Assembly (NCBI GenBank): GCA_963711565.1
Contig: CAVQEQ010000001.1
Location: 288,001-352,000 of the forward strand
Length of the DNA stretch: 64,000 nt
DNA from: an uncultured delta proteobacterium
GTDB taxonomy: Bacteria > Desulfobacterota > Binatia > Binatales > Binataceae
Direction of reading: 5' to 3'
The position numbers and the translations under genes were made by a program. Shown in pieces: positions 9,597 to 19,070 of the stretch (position 1 is the first letter of the stretch; the number at the start of each line of letters is the position of its first letter). A model generated the notes under the pieces. That model was not told where the DNA came from, made no database searches, and saw only the letters and a program-made list of their open reading frames with translations.

Positions 9597-9600
9597 GCTT

Positions 9601-10176
9601 ATGACGCCCAAACTGGTTCTCACCGGATTCATGGCCACCGGAAAAAGTTCGGTCGGGCCGCTCGTCGCGCGCCAACTCGGATGGGAATTCGTGGACGTGG
9701 ATTCAGTGATTGTCGCGCGCGCCGGGAAAACAATCGCAAAAATTTTTACCGACCACGGCGAGGCGCACTTCCGCCGGCTCGAACGCGAAGTTGTGGCGCA
9801 TCTGACCAGCGATCGCCGGTTGTGCCCCAACTGCCACGGGCCGCATCCCGAGGTGATCTCGACCGGGGGCGGCGTGCTGCTTGACGAATCGAATTGCGTC
9901 GCGCTCAAGCGCGTGGGCGTGATCGTATGCCTGACGGGCAGGCCCGAAGTCATCGCCGCGCGCGTCGAGCGATCGAAAACGAAACGCCCGAAACTGACCG
10001 AGGGTGGCAAGGCCACTTTGGAACGAATCAAAGAGCTGATGGCCGAACGCGCGAACGCTTATGCCCGCGCCGACGTCCAGGTCGACAGCTCAGACCTCAC
10101 GGTCGAGCAACTTGCCGATCACGTAATCGCGGCGTTCGGCGTCCACGCCGCGCGACGAATCCTGCCGCCAGCATAG
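9601..10176 (+). CDS. aroK: Shikimate kinase
   Basis: GFMATGKSS Walker A, GEAHFRRLE, STGGG; true start ATG 9601 (the upstream ORF extension is repeat-derived). Confidence 0.92.
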   Translation: MTPKLVLTGFMATGKSSVGPLVARQLGWEFVDVDSVIVARAGKTIAKIFTDHGEAHFRRLEREVVAHLTSDRRLCPNCHGPHPEVISTGGGVLLDESNCVALKRVGVIVCLTGRPEVIAARVERSKTKRPKLTEGGKATLERIKELMAERANAYARADVQVDSSDLTVEQLADHVIAAFGVHAARRILPPA

Positions 10177-10178
10177 CG

Positions 10179-11255
10179 ATGCGCACTATACGCATAGAAC
10201 TCGGCCCCGCTTCGCACGATGCTCATGTCGGCGCGAACATCCTCGACCGGATCGGCGAGCTCGCGCGCGGGGCAGGATTGAAGCCGGGCGCTTGCGCGAT
10301 GATCACGGACGCGACTGTCGAAAAGCTTTACGCCGCGCGGGTCGAGGACGCGATTCGCAAGAGCGGTTTCGCGCCCGTCGTGATTTCAGTGCCGGCCGGT
10401 GAAGCCTCGAAATCTCTCCCGACGCTCGAGTTGCTATACGATCGGATGACCGGCGCCGGGCTCGATCGCAACAGCACGGTGTTCGCACTCGGCGGCGGCG
10501 TCGTCGGCGATCTGGCGGGATTCGCGGCTGCGACATTCTTGCGCGGTGTGCCGTTGGTGCAGGTGCCGACGACGGTGGTCGCGCAAGTCGATTCCGCGCT
10601 CGGCGGCAAGACCGCGATCAATCATCGCCACGCGAAGAACCTGATCGGGGCGTTCTACCAGCCGCGGCTGATCGTCGCCGATGTGAGTATGCTCGCGACG
10701 CTGCCCGACCGAGAATTTCGCGAGGGGCTGGCCGAGGTGATCAAGTACGGCGCGATCATGGACGCGCCGATGATTGCGGACCTCGAACGTGACCTCGACT
10801 CGATACTTGCGCGCCACTCGAATCTGCTCGAGCAAGTCGTCGCGCGATCGCTGTCGCACAAAGCCGCCGTCGTCGGCGCGGACGAGCGCGAAAGTGGACT
10901 GCGCAAAACCTTGAACTTCGGCCATACGGTCGGTCACGCGATCGAAGCGAGCGCCGGCTACGGCAGCTACTTTCACGGTGAAGCGGTGGCTATCGGGATG
11001 GTCGCGGCGGCGCGGCTCTCGAGTCAGTATGCCGGCTTTTCGGCGGACGAAGCGTCGCGGCTCCAGCGCCTGATCGAGCGCGCCGGGTTGCCGACTGCGA
11101 TGCCTCCGGGATGGCGCGACGAAAATTTTCTGCGCGCGCTTGGCCTCGACAAGAAGCGCGCCGCGGGCGCCGTCGAGTTCGTGCTGCTCGATCGCCTTGG
11201 TCATTCGTTAACAAAAAGTCTGTCGATTGACGACATCGTGTCATCTCTGGAGTGA
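10179..11255 (+). CDS. aroB: 3-dehydroquinate synthase
   Basis: GEASKS, GGGVVGDLAGF, DSALGGKT, LNFGHTVGHAIE. Confidence 0.95.
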   Translation: MRTIRIELGPASHDAHVGANILDRIGELARGAGLKPGACAMITDATVEKLYAARVEDAIRKSGFAPVVISVPAGEASKSLPTLELLYDRMTGAGLDRNSTVFALGGGVVGDLAGFAAATFLRGVPLVQVPTTVVAQVDSALGGKTAINHRHAKNLIGAFYQPRLIVADVSMLATLPDREFREGLAEVIKYGAIMDAPMIADLERDLDSILARHSNLLEQVVARSLSHKAAVVGADERESGLRKTLNFGHTVGHAIEASAGYGSYFHGEAVAIGMVAAARLSSQYAGFSADEASRLQRLIERAGLPTAMPPGWRDENFLRALGLDKKRAAGAVEFVLLDRLGHSLTKSLSIDDIVSSLE

Positions 11256-11300
11256 GCTTTCCGGAAAAACCCCGGAGGCAACGACTAATTGTGTTCTTTA

Positions 11301-11317
11301 CGTGACTTATTGTCACG
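11301..11317. promoter_or_regulatory. Candidate operator CGTGAC-N5-GTCACG
   Basis: Perfect inverted repeat in AT-rich DNA upstream of the small HTH gene. Confidence 0.4.
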
Positions 11318-11453
11318 AAAAAGTAGCCTGGTTGCTTGGCGTGTTCACGACGTGTTTAGTATGTACTGAGTAGCGTACGCGGGGCTGTTTCAAGCCGTAC
11401 ATGGTCAAGGGCCGGGAAGGACAGGTTAGGCACGCGTAACGCGAAGGAGTCAC

Positions 11454-11672
11454 ATGGATCGTTTCGATGAAATGAAGAGCAAGGTCCTGACGGTGCAGGA
11501 TGTGTCTAACTACCTGCGAGTGCATCCGTCCACCATTTACAGGATGCTCAAAAAGAACAAACTGCCGGCGTTCCGGGTCGGCAGCGACTGGCGCTTCACG
11601 GTCGAGGCGATCGACAAGTGGCGCGCGTCGGTGGAGTCCGGCGTCCCCGGCACCGCAAGCGAGAACGGCTGA
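11454..11672 (+). CDS. Small excisionase-like (HTH_17) DNA-binding protein
   Basis: LTVQDVSNYLRVHPSTIYRMLKKNKLPAFRVGSDWRF; SD AAGGAG. Confidence 0.85.
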   Translation: MDRFDEMKSKVLTVQDVSNYLRVHPSTIYRMLKKNKLPAFRVGSDWRFTVEAIDKWRASVESGVPGTASENG

Positions 11673-11743
11673 GAATCAAAGCGGGCCGGATAGGCCGCGA
11701 TACGGGATTTGGGCCGCTTCGTCGCCCGGGGGGGGAGTAGCAT

Positions 11744-12328
11744 TCAGCCGGCTTGATCCGGCTTGGGCTCGTCGTCGCCGCCGAAGAACGACGCGAGGAT
11801 GATCAGCACAACGCCGATCGAGATTGCGCTGTCGGCGACGTTGAACACCGGGTAGTTCAGGTCGTAGTAATGCGCGCGCATGAAGTCGATCACGCGGCCG
11901 CGAATCGCCCGATCGATCAGGTTTCCCGCGGCGCCGCCGAGGACCATCGCGAATGCCACCGAAGTAATCGAGATGCGATCCGCTCGCACTATCAGCACGC
12001 CCAGCACGATAATCGCCGCACATGCCATCGTCAGCAGGAACGCCTTCCGCACCCACGGCGGCGCGTCGGCCAGCATGCTGAAGGCGGCGCCGGGATTCAG
12101 CGTGTAGGTGATGTCGAGGTAGTTGGGAATCAACGCGATGCTTTCGTACAGCGCCATGTGCGCCTGCACGAACAGCTTGGTGGCCTGGTCGAGGATGATG
12201 ATCGGAATCGTGACTGCGCCGAACAGAAACAGAAACGGCCTGCGCGGTGGCGATTCGACTGAGTCGTTCCCCGCTCCTCCTTCGGGAAGCACACTGGAAA
12301 GAGGCTTCACGCTCGACTGTTCTTGCAA
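11744..12328 (-). CDS. lspA: Lipoprotein signal peptidase II (start uncertain)
   Basis: LDQATK, NPGAAFS, GNLIDR, VIDF, FNVADSAI; follows ileS. Confidence 0.93.
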   Translation of the reverse strand: MQEQSSVKPLSSVLPEGGAGNDSVESPPRRPFLFLFGAVTIPIIILDQATKLFVQAHMALYESIALIPNYLDITYTLNPGAAFSMLADAPPWVRKAFLLTMACAAIIVLGVLIVRADRISITSVAFAMVLGGAAGNLIDRAIRGRVIDFMRAHYYDLNYPVFNVADSAISIGVVLIILASFFGGDDEPKPDQAG

Positions 12329-12330
12329 GG

Positions 12331-15228
12331 CTACGCTCCAACCACCGCGCGGCATCGCGCGTCGAGCGTATCGCCGCCGGCGTCATCGAAGTATTTCCAG
12401 CATCGCGCGCATTTCGCGCCGGACGCATGACGCCCGACCAGCGTGATTGCGGGATATCCGGCGGCGCGCGCGAAGGTGCCGTTGCCGTCGAGGGTGAAAT
12501 CCTCGCGGCCGTTGGCTTGCCTCCTGATTTCCGCCGCTTCCGCATCGCCCAGAACCGCCACGTCGGAGACGATGAACAAATCCTTCAGCTCTTCGCGATA
12601 GCGCTTGAGCGTTTCCGCAAGACCGCTCTCGGAGCCACTGTCAGCGCCAAGGCTGATCGTCGCATCGAGCGGCGCGCCGATCGTTCCCGACTTGCGCATC
12701 GCCTCGAGCAGCTTGAGCGCTTCGTCGCGCACTTTGAGCAGCCGATCCCATCGCGCCTCGAGCTCGTCGTCGCGCCACGACGGATTCGCCGGATGCATCG
12801 TAGTCAGGTGTACGCTCTCGAGCCGCATCCCCGGCAGGTACGAGTAGACTTCCTCGGCCGTGAACGGGATCAGCGGCGCGAGCATCCTGACGAGCGCGTC
12901 GAGGATGTTGAATAGCGCGGTCTGCGCCGAGCGCCGCTCGCGCGAGTTCTCCGCAGAGCAATAGAGGCGGTCGCGCGCAACGTCGATGTAGAGCGAGCTC
13001 AGATCGACGACGATAAAATTCTGCATCACCTGGAACGCGGTCTGGAATTCGAACGCTTCGTAAGCGCTGCGCACTTCGCTCTTGAGTTTCTCGGTGCGCG
13101 CGAGGATGAAGCGGTCGAATTCGAGCATGTCCTTCAATTCGATCGCGTCGCGCGCGGGATCGAAGTCGGCCAGGTTGCCGAGCACGAAGCGGCAGGTGTT
13201 GCGAATCTTGCGATACGATTCTGACACCGCGCCGAATATCGTCTGGCCTAGCGTGATGTCCGCGGTGTAGTCGAGCGACGCGTACACCAGCCGCAGCACG
13301 TCGGCGCCCATCCGTCCGGCCGCATCGACAGCATCCTCCGAGTTGCCGAGCGACTTCGACATCTTGCGGCCCTTCTCGTCGATCGTCAGGCCGTGGTTGA
13401 TGACGTTCCTGAAGGGCGCGGCGCCGCGATCCGACACGGCGCAGAACAGCGACGAGCTGAACCATCCGCGCGCCTGCTCGACGGCCTCGAGATAGGCGTC
13501 CGCCGGCCACTTGAGTTCCGGCCGCACGGCGAGCACGGCGGCTTGCGACGAGCCCGAATCGAACCACACGTCGAGGATGTCTTCTTCCTTGACGAAGACC
13601 GCGCCGCCGCACTTCGCGCATTTGACGCCGTGCGCGACGAAGTCCGCCGCCGGCAGGCTGTACCACGCGTCGGAGCCTTCGCGTGCGAAAATCTCCTCGA
13701 CGCGATCCATCGTCACCATCAGCGGCGCGACCTCGTCGCATTCCGCGCAGCGGACCGCCGGGATCGGCACGCCCCACGCGCGCTGGCGCGAGATAGTCCA
13801 GTCGGGCCGCGTCTCGGTCATGTTGCGGATTCGATCGCGCGACCATGCGGGATACCACTTCGCGTTGTCGATTGCGTCGATCACCTTGCCGCGCAGTCCA
13901 TGATGATCGACGCTCACGAACCATTGCTCGGTGGCGAGAAAAATCAGCGGATTATGGCATCGCCAGCAATGCGGATAGCTGTGTGAGAAATCCTTCGCGT
14001 GCAGCAGCGCGCCGACCGTCCGCAGTTTTCCGACGATCGATCTGTTCGCTTTGAAGACATTCTGCCCTTCCCACTCGCCGCCGTCTCGCGTGAACACTCC
14101 GCTGCCATCGACGGGCGTGAACGGTGTCAGGCCGTACAGTTTACCGACGACGTAGTCCTCGTAGCCGTGTCCGGGCGCGGTATGCACGAGCCCGGTGCCG
14201 GCGTCGGCGGTGACGTGCTCGGCGTACATCAGCTTGCCGTCGCGCGGCAGAAACGGATGCCGGAAAATATCGCGGCCGTCGAGCGCCTTGATTGCCTCGC
14301 GGTCGAGCGCGATTCGTTTCTCGACCGCCAGCCCACACTCTTTCTCGACACTGTCGGCCAGTCGCGCCGCGACCACGTAGTAGCGATCGCCACCTTTGAG
14401 CGCGACATAGTCGAAGGTCTCGTTGAGTGAGATTCCGAGATTCGCGGGGATAGTCCACGGAGTCGTCGTCCAGATTACGGCCGACAGTTTGCCGGCCTTG
14501 TGCGCGGCAGCGAGCTCAGCGCGGTCGTTGGCTTCCGCAGCCAGCGCGCCGGCGTCATGAAGATTGGAGTTGAACGCGAACGCGACGTAGATCGACGGCG
14601 AAACGTGATCGCGATACTCGACTTCCGCCTCCGCCAGCGCCGAGCGGCAGTCGAAGCACCAATGCACCGGGCGCAGGCCGCGATACACGTAGCCGTTCTC
14701 GACCATCTTGCGCAGCACGCGGATTTCCGCGGCGTCGTACTCGGGCGCCATGGTGAGGTACGGCTTGAACCAGTCGCCGATACATCCGAGGCGCCGGAAA
14801 TCCGAGCGCTGTAGATCGACCCACTTCTCGGCTTCGGCGCGGCACAGCTTGCGCAGCTCGAGCTTGGGCGTCGTGCGCGCCTTGTCGCCGCCGAGGTCGC
14901 GCGACACCTTGTATTCGATCGGCATGCCGTGACAGTCCCATCCCGGCACGAACGGCGTCCGATATCCCAGCATCGAGCGCGAGCGCACGACGAAGTCCTT
15001 GAGAATTTTGTTGAGCGCGGTGCCGAGGTGCACGCGCCCGTTGGCATACGGCGGGCCGTCGTGCAGCACCCACGACTCCGCATCCTTGCGCGCTTCCATC
15101 AGGCGCGCGTAGAGGTCGAGAGCGTCCCAATGCTTGAGCATCTCCGGCTCCCGCTTGGGCAGATTCGCCTTCATCGGAAAGTCGGTTTTGGGAAGTTTCA
15201 GGGTCGATTTGTAGTCGGTCTCAGCCAC
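12331..15228 (-). CDS. ileS: Isoleucine--tRNA ligase
   Basis: LHDGPPYANG with HLGT (HIGH variant), GWDCHG, WTTTPWT, KMSKS. Confidence 0.97.
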   Translation of the reverse strand: MAETDYKSTLKLPKTDFPMKANLPKREPEMLKHWDALDLYARLMEARKDAESWVLHDGPPYANGRVHLGTALNKILKDFVVRSRSMLGYRTPFVPGWDCHGMPIEYKVSRDLGGDKARTTPKLELRKLCRAEAEKWVDLQRSDFRRLGCIGDWFKPYLTMAPEYDAAEIRVLRKMVENGYVYRGLRPVHWCFDCRSALAEAEVEYRDHVSPSIYVAFAFNSNLHDAGALAAEANDRAELAAAHKAGKLSAVIWTTTPWTIPANLGISLNETFDYVALKGGDRYYVVAARLADSVEKECGLAVEKRIALDREAIKALDGRDIFRHPFLPRDGKLMYAEHVTADAGTGLVHTAPGHGYEDYVVGKLYGLTPFTPVDGSGVFTRDGGEWEGQNVFKANRSIVGKLRTVGALLHAKDFSHSYPHCWRCHNPLIFLATEQWFVSVDHHGLRGKVIDAIDNAKWYPAWSRDRIRNMTETRPDWTISRQRAWGVPIPAVRCAECDEVAPLMVTMDRVEEIFAREGSDAWYSLPAADFVAHGVKCAKCGGAVFVKEEDILDVWFDSGSSQAAVLAVRPELKWPADAYLEAVEQARGWFSSSLFCAVSDRGAAPFRNVINHGLTIDEKGRKMSKSLGNSEDAVDAAGRMGADVLRLVYASLDYTADITLGQTIFGAVSESYRKIRNTCRFVLGNLADFDPARDAIELKDMLEFDRFILARTEKLKSEVRSAYEAFEFQTAFQVMQNFIVVDLSSLYIDVARDRLYCSAENSRERRSAQTALFNILDALVRMLAPLIPFTAEEVYSYLPGMRLESVHLTTMHPANPSWRDDELEARWDRLLKVRDEALKLLEAMRKSGTIGAPLDATISLGADSGSESGLAETLKRYREELKDLFIVSDVAVLGDAEAAEIRRQANGREDFTLDGNGTFARAAGYPAITLVGRHASGAKCARCWKYFDDAGGDTLDARCRAVVGA

Positions 15229-15323
15229 TCGTCATTCTCGGGTATTTTGGTGAATCTGCGTCCGATCAGATTAACGCACGCGGCGTTGCTGCGCGAGTAT
15301 TGGGTAGGAGACCGATGGTTTTC

Positions 15324-15408
15324 AGTGGGGCGGGCCGCCGTGCCCGCCTCTCCTTAAGGTTGAGGCCATATACGCGCGGAGGGCGGGCACGGCGGCCCGC
15401 CTCACTAG
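15324..15408. repeat. REPIN: inverted pair of RAYT-family REPs
   Basis: 15324-15348 AGTGGGGCGGGCCGCCGTGCCCGCC and its inverted copy at 15382-15408 (one mismatch). Confidence 0.9.
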
Positions 15409-15475
15409 AAATCAAGATCAAGACAATACCGCGCGTCGGCATGCGTTGCCTGCATTCTCGATTTGGTTGTGTTAG

Positions 15476-16048
15476 ATGGGCCTCATGAAAAATCCCGCGA
15501 AGAGACCGCCATTCATAATTGCTGCCGCGTCATGTCCGGAGACTAGCCACAAATATCCCAACAGCAACGAATGCACCGGCCATCAACGAAGCATCGGCAA
15601 AGTTGCGGGACTGCTGAAGATCGGCGTGAACCTGATGCGGCTGGCGCCGGGAGAGCGAAGTTCGTGGCCTCATGCCGAGGAGAAAGAAGAGGAGTTCGTG
15701 TACGTTCTGGAGGGTGAGGTTGACGCCTGGATCGACGGCGTTCTTCACGCGATGCGCCCGGGCGACTTTGCGGCCTTCCCTGCTGGGACCGGTATCTGCC
15801 ATTGCTTCTTGAACAACAGCAAGCACGATGTCCTGCTGCTTGTGGGCGGAGAGGCCTCGAAGCGCGAGAATCGAATCTACTATCCGCTGCATCCTCAGCG
15901 CCGCGATCAGTTGCCGTCGAGCGAATGGTGGGAGGACATTCCGAAACAGCGCATGGGACCGCATGACGGGATGCCCGACGCGCTCCGACGCCGCTCCGCG
16001 AGACGAGTGACCCGCATAGGTGCCAAACGCCGGCAACCTAACCCCTAG
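15476..16048 (+). CDS. Cupin-domain protein
   Basis: LAPGERSSWPHAEEKEEEFVYVLEGE...FPAGTGICHCFLN; the stop codon lies in the downstream repeat. Confidence 0.85.
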   Translation: MGLMKNPAKRPPFIIAAASCPETSHKYPNSNECTGHQRSIGKVAGLLKIGVNLMRLAPGERSSWPHAEEKEEEFVYVLEGEVDAWIDGVLHAMRPGDFAAFPAGTGICHCFLNNSKHDVLLLVGGEASKRENRIYYPLHPQRRDQLPSSEWWEDIPKQRMGPHDGMPDALRRRSARRVTRIGAKRRQPNP

Positions 16049-16076
16049 CCCCTTCCCATATATGGGAAGGGGAACC
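16037..16076. repeat. CCTAACCCCTAGCCCCTTCCC..GGGAAGGGG hairpin repeat
   Basis: Same family as 38299-38494, 47318-47358 and 56135-56171. Confidence 0.8.
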
Positions 16077-16155
16077 AAAGTGGGCGTTTGAATCCCGACG
16101 CAGGGCTCCATATCATTTCTCGCGCAGTATCAACTCACTCTTCATAGAAAAAATT

Positions 16156-16458
16156 ATGGGACTCAGAAAAGTAACTTTTTTCGACAAGGAAGGGACCACC
16201 CTCGTGCCCGTGGACGAGGACGGTCAGGCGAAACCGGCCGTGATGGGCGTGCGATGGGTCAATCCGGACACGTTCGAGACTATTCGCGTGGTCGGCGGCA
16301 AGCGCACCGGCCCGAAAAACGAAGTGCTGATGGAAATTCCGCCGACGCTCGACACCAGCGCGTTTGCAATCGAGGACCTGCCGCCGCCGAAGGTTAAGCA
16401 AGAGCTAGAACAACTCGAGCCGCCGACTGCCGCGGAAAAATCGACGGAAAAACCATGA
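16156..16458 (+). CDS. Hypothetical protein (100 aa)
   Basis: Protein-like composition; ATGA overlap with the next gene. Confidence 0.7.
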   Translation: MGLRKVTFFDKEGTTLVPVDEDGQAKPAVMGVRWVNPDTFETIRVVGGKRTGPKNEVLMEIPPTLDTSAFAIEDLPPPKVKQELEQLEPPTAAEKSTEKP

Positions 16459-17666
16459 CCGAGCCCGGCCCCGGCGCGCTCGCGGGCCTGCGCGTCCTTG
16501 ATCTCACCGGACATCGCGCACAGCTATCCGCGCGAATCCTTGCCGACATGGGCGCCAACGTCATCAAGATCGAGCCGCCCGCAGGCGACGACGCTCGCCG
16601 CATCGGGCCGTTCGTCAACGACCTGCCGCATCGCGACCGCAGTTTGTTTTTCTGGTTCTACAATCTTAACAAGCGCTCGCTGACGCTTGACCTCAAGCAT
16701 TCAAGCGGCGCCGACATCTTTTTGCAGCTCGTCCGCAGCGCCGACGTTGTCATCGAGAGCTTCGCGCCCGGCACGCTCGACAATCTTGGGCTTGGCTGGG
16801 AGGTTCTCCATCGCGAAAATCCGGCGCTCGTGCTGTGCTCGATCGCGCCGTTCGGCCAGACCGGCCCTTATCGCGACTTTATCGCCGACGACACCGTGCT
16901 CAGCGCGCTCGGCGGGATGCTCTACGTCAACGGTTTCCCGAATCACGCGCCGGTTCGTCCGCTCGGTTTGCAGGCCTATCACTCGTCGGCGTACTTCGGC
17001 GCGATCGCTATCATGCTCGCGCTGCTTGCGCGCGATCGAACTGCCGAGGGTCAGTGGATCGATCTCAGCATGCAGGAGGCCACCGCCGCTGCCGTCGAGC
17101 ACGTTGCCGGCGGATACTTCGAGCGCAACGAAGCGGAGCCGCGCCGCGGGACTTTGCACTGGAGTCGTTTTTTTCGCGTCGGCAAATGCCGCGACGGCTA
17201 CATCATGCATTGCACGCTCGGCGACTGGACCTCGCTTATCGAGTGGGTCAAGTCCGACGGCAAGGCGGCCGACCTCGACGACCCCAACTACCAGGAGCCG
17301 CTCTATCGCTACCTGATGGCCGAGCATGTGTTCGAAGTGCTCGACGATTGGGTCAAGGATTATCCACGCGACGAGCTGCTCGAACGCGCGCAGCTTCTGC
17401 GCCAGCCGTACGCGACCGTGCGTCCGCCGGAAGCGCTGTTCGACGACGAGCAGCTGATCGATCGCGGCTTCTTCGTCGAGGTCGAGCATCCCGAGCTCGG
17501 CCGCAAGTTCCGCTATCCCGGCGCGCCGTATCTTTTCAACGGCACGCCATGGCGCGTCTCACGCAGGCCTCCGCTGACGGGCGAGCACACCGGCGAGATT
17601 TTGCGCGACGACCTCGCGATGGCTCCTGAAGCGCTCGCTGTGCTCGCCGCCGAAGGAGTGATCTGA
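16455..17666 (+). CDS. Class III CoA-transferase (CaiB/BaiF), apparently lacking the catalytic Asp
   Basis: GLRVLDL, LADMGANVIKIEPP, NKRSLTLDLK, ADVVIES, GEHT. Confidence 0.9.
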   Translation: MTEPGPGALAGLRVLDLTGHRAQLSARILADMGANVIKIEPPAGDDARRIGPFVNDLPHRDRSLFFWFYNLNKRSLTLDLKHSSGADIFLQLVRSADVVIESFAPGTLDNLGLGWEVLHRENPALVLCSIAPFGQTGPYRDFIADDTVLSALGGMLYVNGFPNHAPVRPLGLQAYHSSAYFGAIAIMLALLARDRTAEGQWIDLSMQEATAAAVEHVAGGYFERNEAEPRRGTLHWSRFFRVGKCRDGYIMHCTLGDWTSLIEWVKSDGKAADLDDPNYQEPLYRYLMAEHVFEVLDDWVKDYPRDELLERAQLLRQPYATVRPPEALFDDEQLIDRGFFVEVEHPELGRKFRYPGAPYLFNGTPWRVSRRPPLTGEHTGEILRDDLAMAPEALAVLAAEGVI

Positions 17667-17668
17667 CC

Positions 17669-18870
17669 ATGGCCGCGATGCCGCTGGACGGCGTGCGCAT
17701 CCTCGACTTCACCTGGGTGGTAGCCGGCCCGGTGGCGACGCGGATTCTCGGCGACCACGGCGCGCAGGTCGTCAAGGTCGAGCGCAAAAATCCGCCGCCG
17801 CTCGGCAATCGCAAGCTCGGCCTGCAATGCGACCTGCATCGCGACAAACTTTCAGTCGCGCTCAACATGCAACATCCGCGCGGCGTCGAGCTCGCGCGCC
17901 GGCTCGCCGCGATGAGCAACGTCGTGATGGACAACTTTTCCGCGCGCGTGATGCGGATGTGGGGGATGGATTACGAAAGCCTCACCGCGGTGAAGCCCGA
18001 CATCATCTGCATCAGCATGTCCGGCCTCGGCCACACCGGCCCGCGCTCGAGCTACGTCAGCTACGGGCCGACGCTGCAGGCGCTGACGGGATACACGCAG
18101 CTGATGGCGGAGCCCGACGGGACGCCGGCGGCTACGGCTACTCCTATGCCGACATGGTCGGCGGATACACGGGCGCGCTCGCGGCACTGGTCGCGCTGTG
18201 GCATCGACGGCGCACGGGCCGCGGACAGTTCGTCGATTTGGCGCAGTTCGAAGCAGCGGCTGCGGTAATCGGTCCCGCGCTGCTCGATATCTCAGTCAAC
18301 GGCCGCACGCAGCCGGCGCCCGGCTACAATTCCCAGGAAGGCCCGGCCGCTCCGCACGGGGTTTACAAATGCCGCCCGCTCGACACTGACGACGATCGAT
18401 GGGTCGCGATCAGCGTCGGCACAGGGCCCGAATGGCGGAGATTCGTCACCGCAATCGGCTCGCCGGAATGGGCGAGCGAGACAAAATTCCGCACGCTCTA
18501 CATGCGGATGCAAAACAGCGCCGAGCTGGACGCCAACGTCTCGCGATGGACCATCGAGCACAGCGCCGAAGACGCGATGACGATTCTGCAGCGCGCAAGA
18601 ATCGCCGCTGGCGTCGTCGAAAACGGCATCGATATCTGCGCGCGCGATCCTCAACTGAAGGAGCGCGGCTTCTGGCCCGCAGTCGCGCCCAAAAAAGGCC
18701 CGCCAACTCACGTAACAGGAATTCCATTCAAGCTCTCCGGCGGCTCAGGCGAAGTTCGCACGATCGCCCCTGAAGTCGGCGAGGATTTCGATTACGTCTT
18801 GGGTGAACTACTAGGCCTCGGCAAAGCAGCCCGCGACGAGTTGGTAGCTGAGGGCGCCGTCTGGCCTTGA
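17669..18870 (+). pseudogene. Class III CoA-transferase with a single frameshift (pseudogene or sequencing error)
   Basis: N-half in the frame of 17669 (LDGVRILDFTW...), C-half in the frame of ORF 17827 (GYGYSYADMVGG...); one extra G at 18130-18131 joins them. Confidence 0.85.
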
Positions 18871-18879
18871 CGCTGCTTG

Positions 18880-19036
18880 CCTACCCCGTTCGTGGGGGGA
18901 GGCCGACGCTCGTCTGCGAGCGGCGGGTGGGGGACCTTATTATCTTGAAATTCTGCAACTCAGAAATGCCGCGCAACAGACATCCGCGCCGCAAATTGTC
19001 CTCCACCCTAACCCTCCCCCATCGACGGGGGAGGGA
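18880..19036. repeat. Inward-facing doublet of CCCTCCCCC/GGGGGAGGG-type palindromic repeats
   Basis: GGGTGGGGGAC (~18925) inverted with GTCCTCCACCC (~18998); each half carries a hairpin; lies between convergent genes. Confidence 0.6.
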
Positions 19037-19070
19037 AACGGAACGAGCGGGGGAAGGGAATCAAGACAGA

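Noticed and set aside
9490-9600. N-terminal extension of AroK in the ORF track
   Set aside because: It is translated repeat sequence; homology begins at ATG 9601.
9823-9837. c-type cytochrome (CxxCH) in AroK
   Set aside because: Cytoplasmic enzyme with no export signal; covalent heme attachment occurs outside the cytoplasm.
8124-10031. Long antisense ORFs (also 42203-43780, 47416-49389, 36088-37533, 21492-22586)
   Set aside because: Shadow frames opposite well-conserved genes, expected in high-GC DNA; no recognisable motifs.
11454-11672. Excisionase suggesting a prophage or ICE
   Set aside because: No integrase, phage genes, tRNA target or att repeats; flanked by housekeeping genes.
12331-12420. 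IleS C-terminal zinc finger with Cys replaced by Asp (LDARC) and an HLGT signature
   Set aside because: Within plausible natural variation of IleS; no evidence of altered function from sequence alone.
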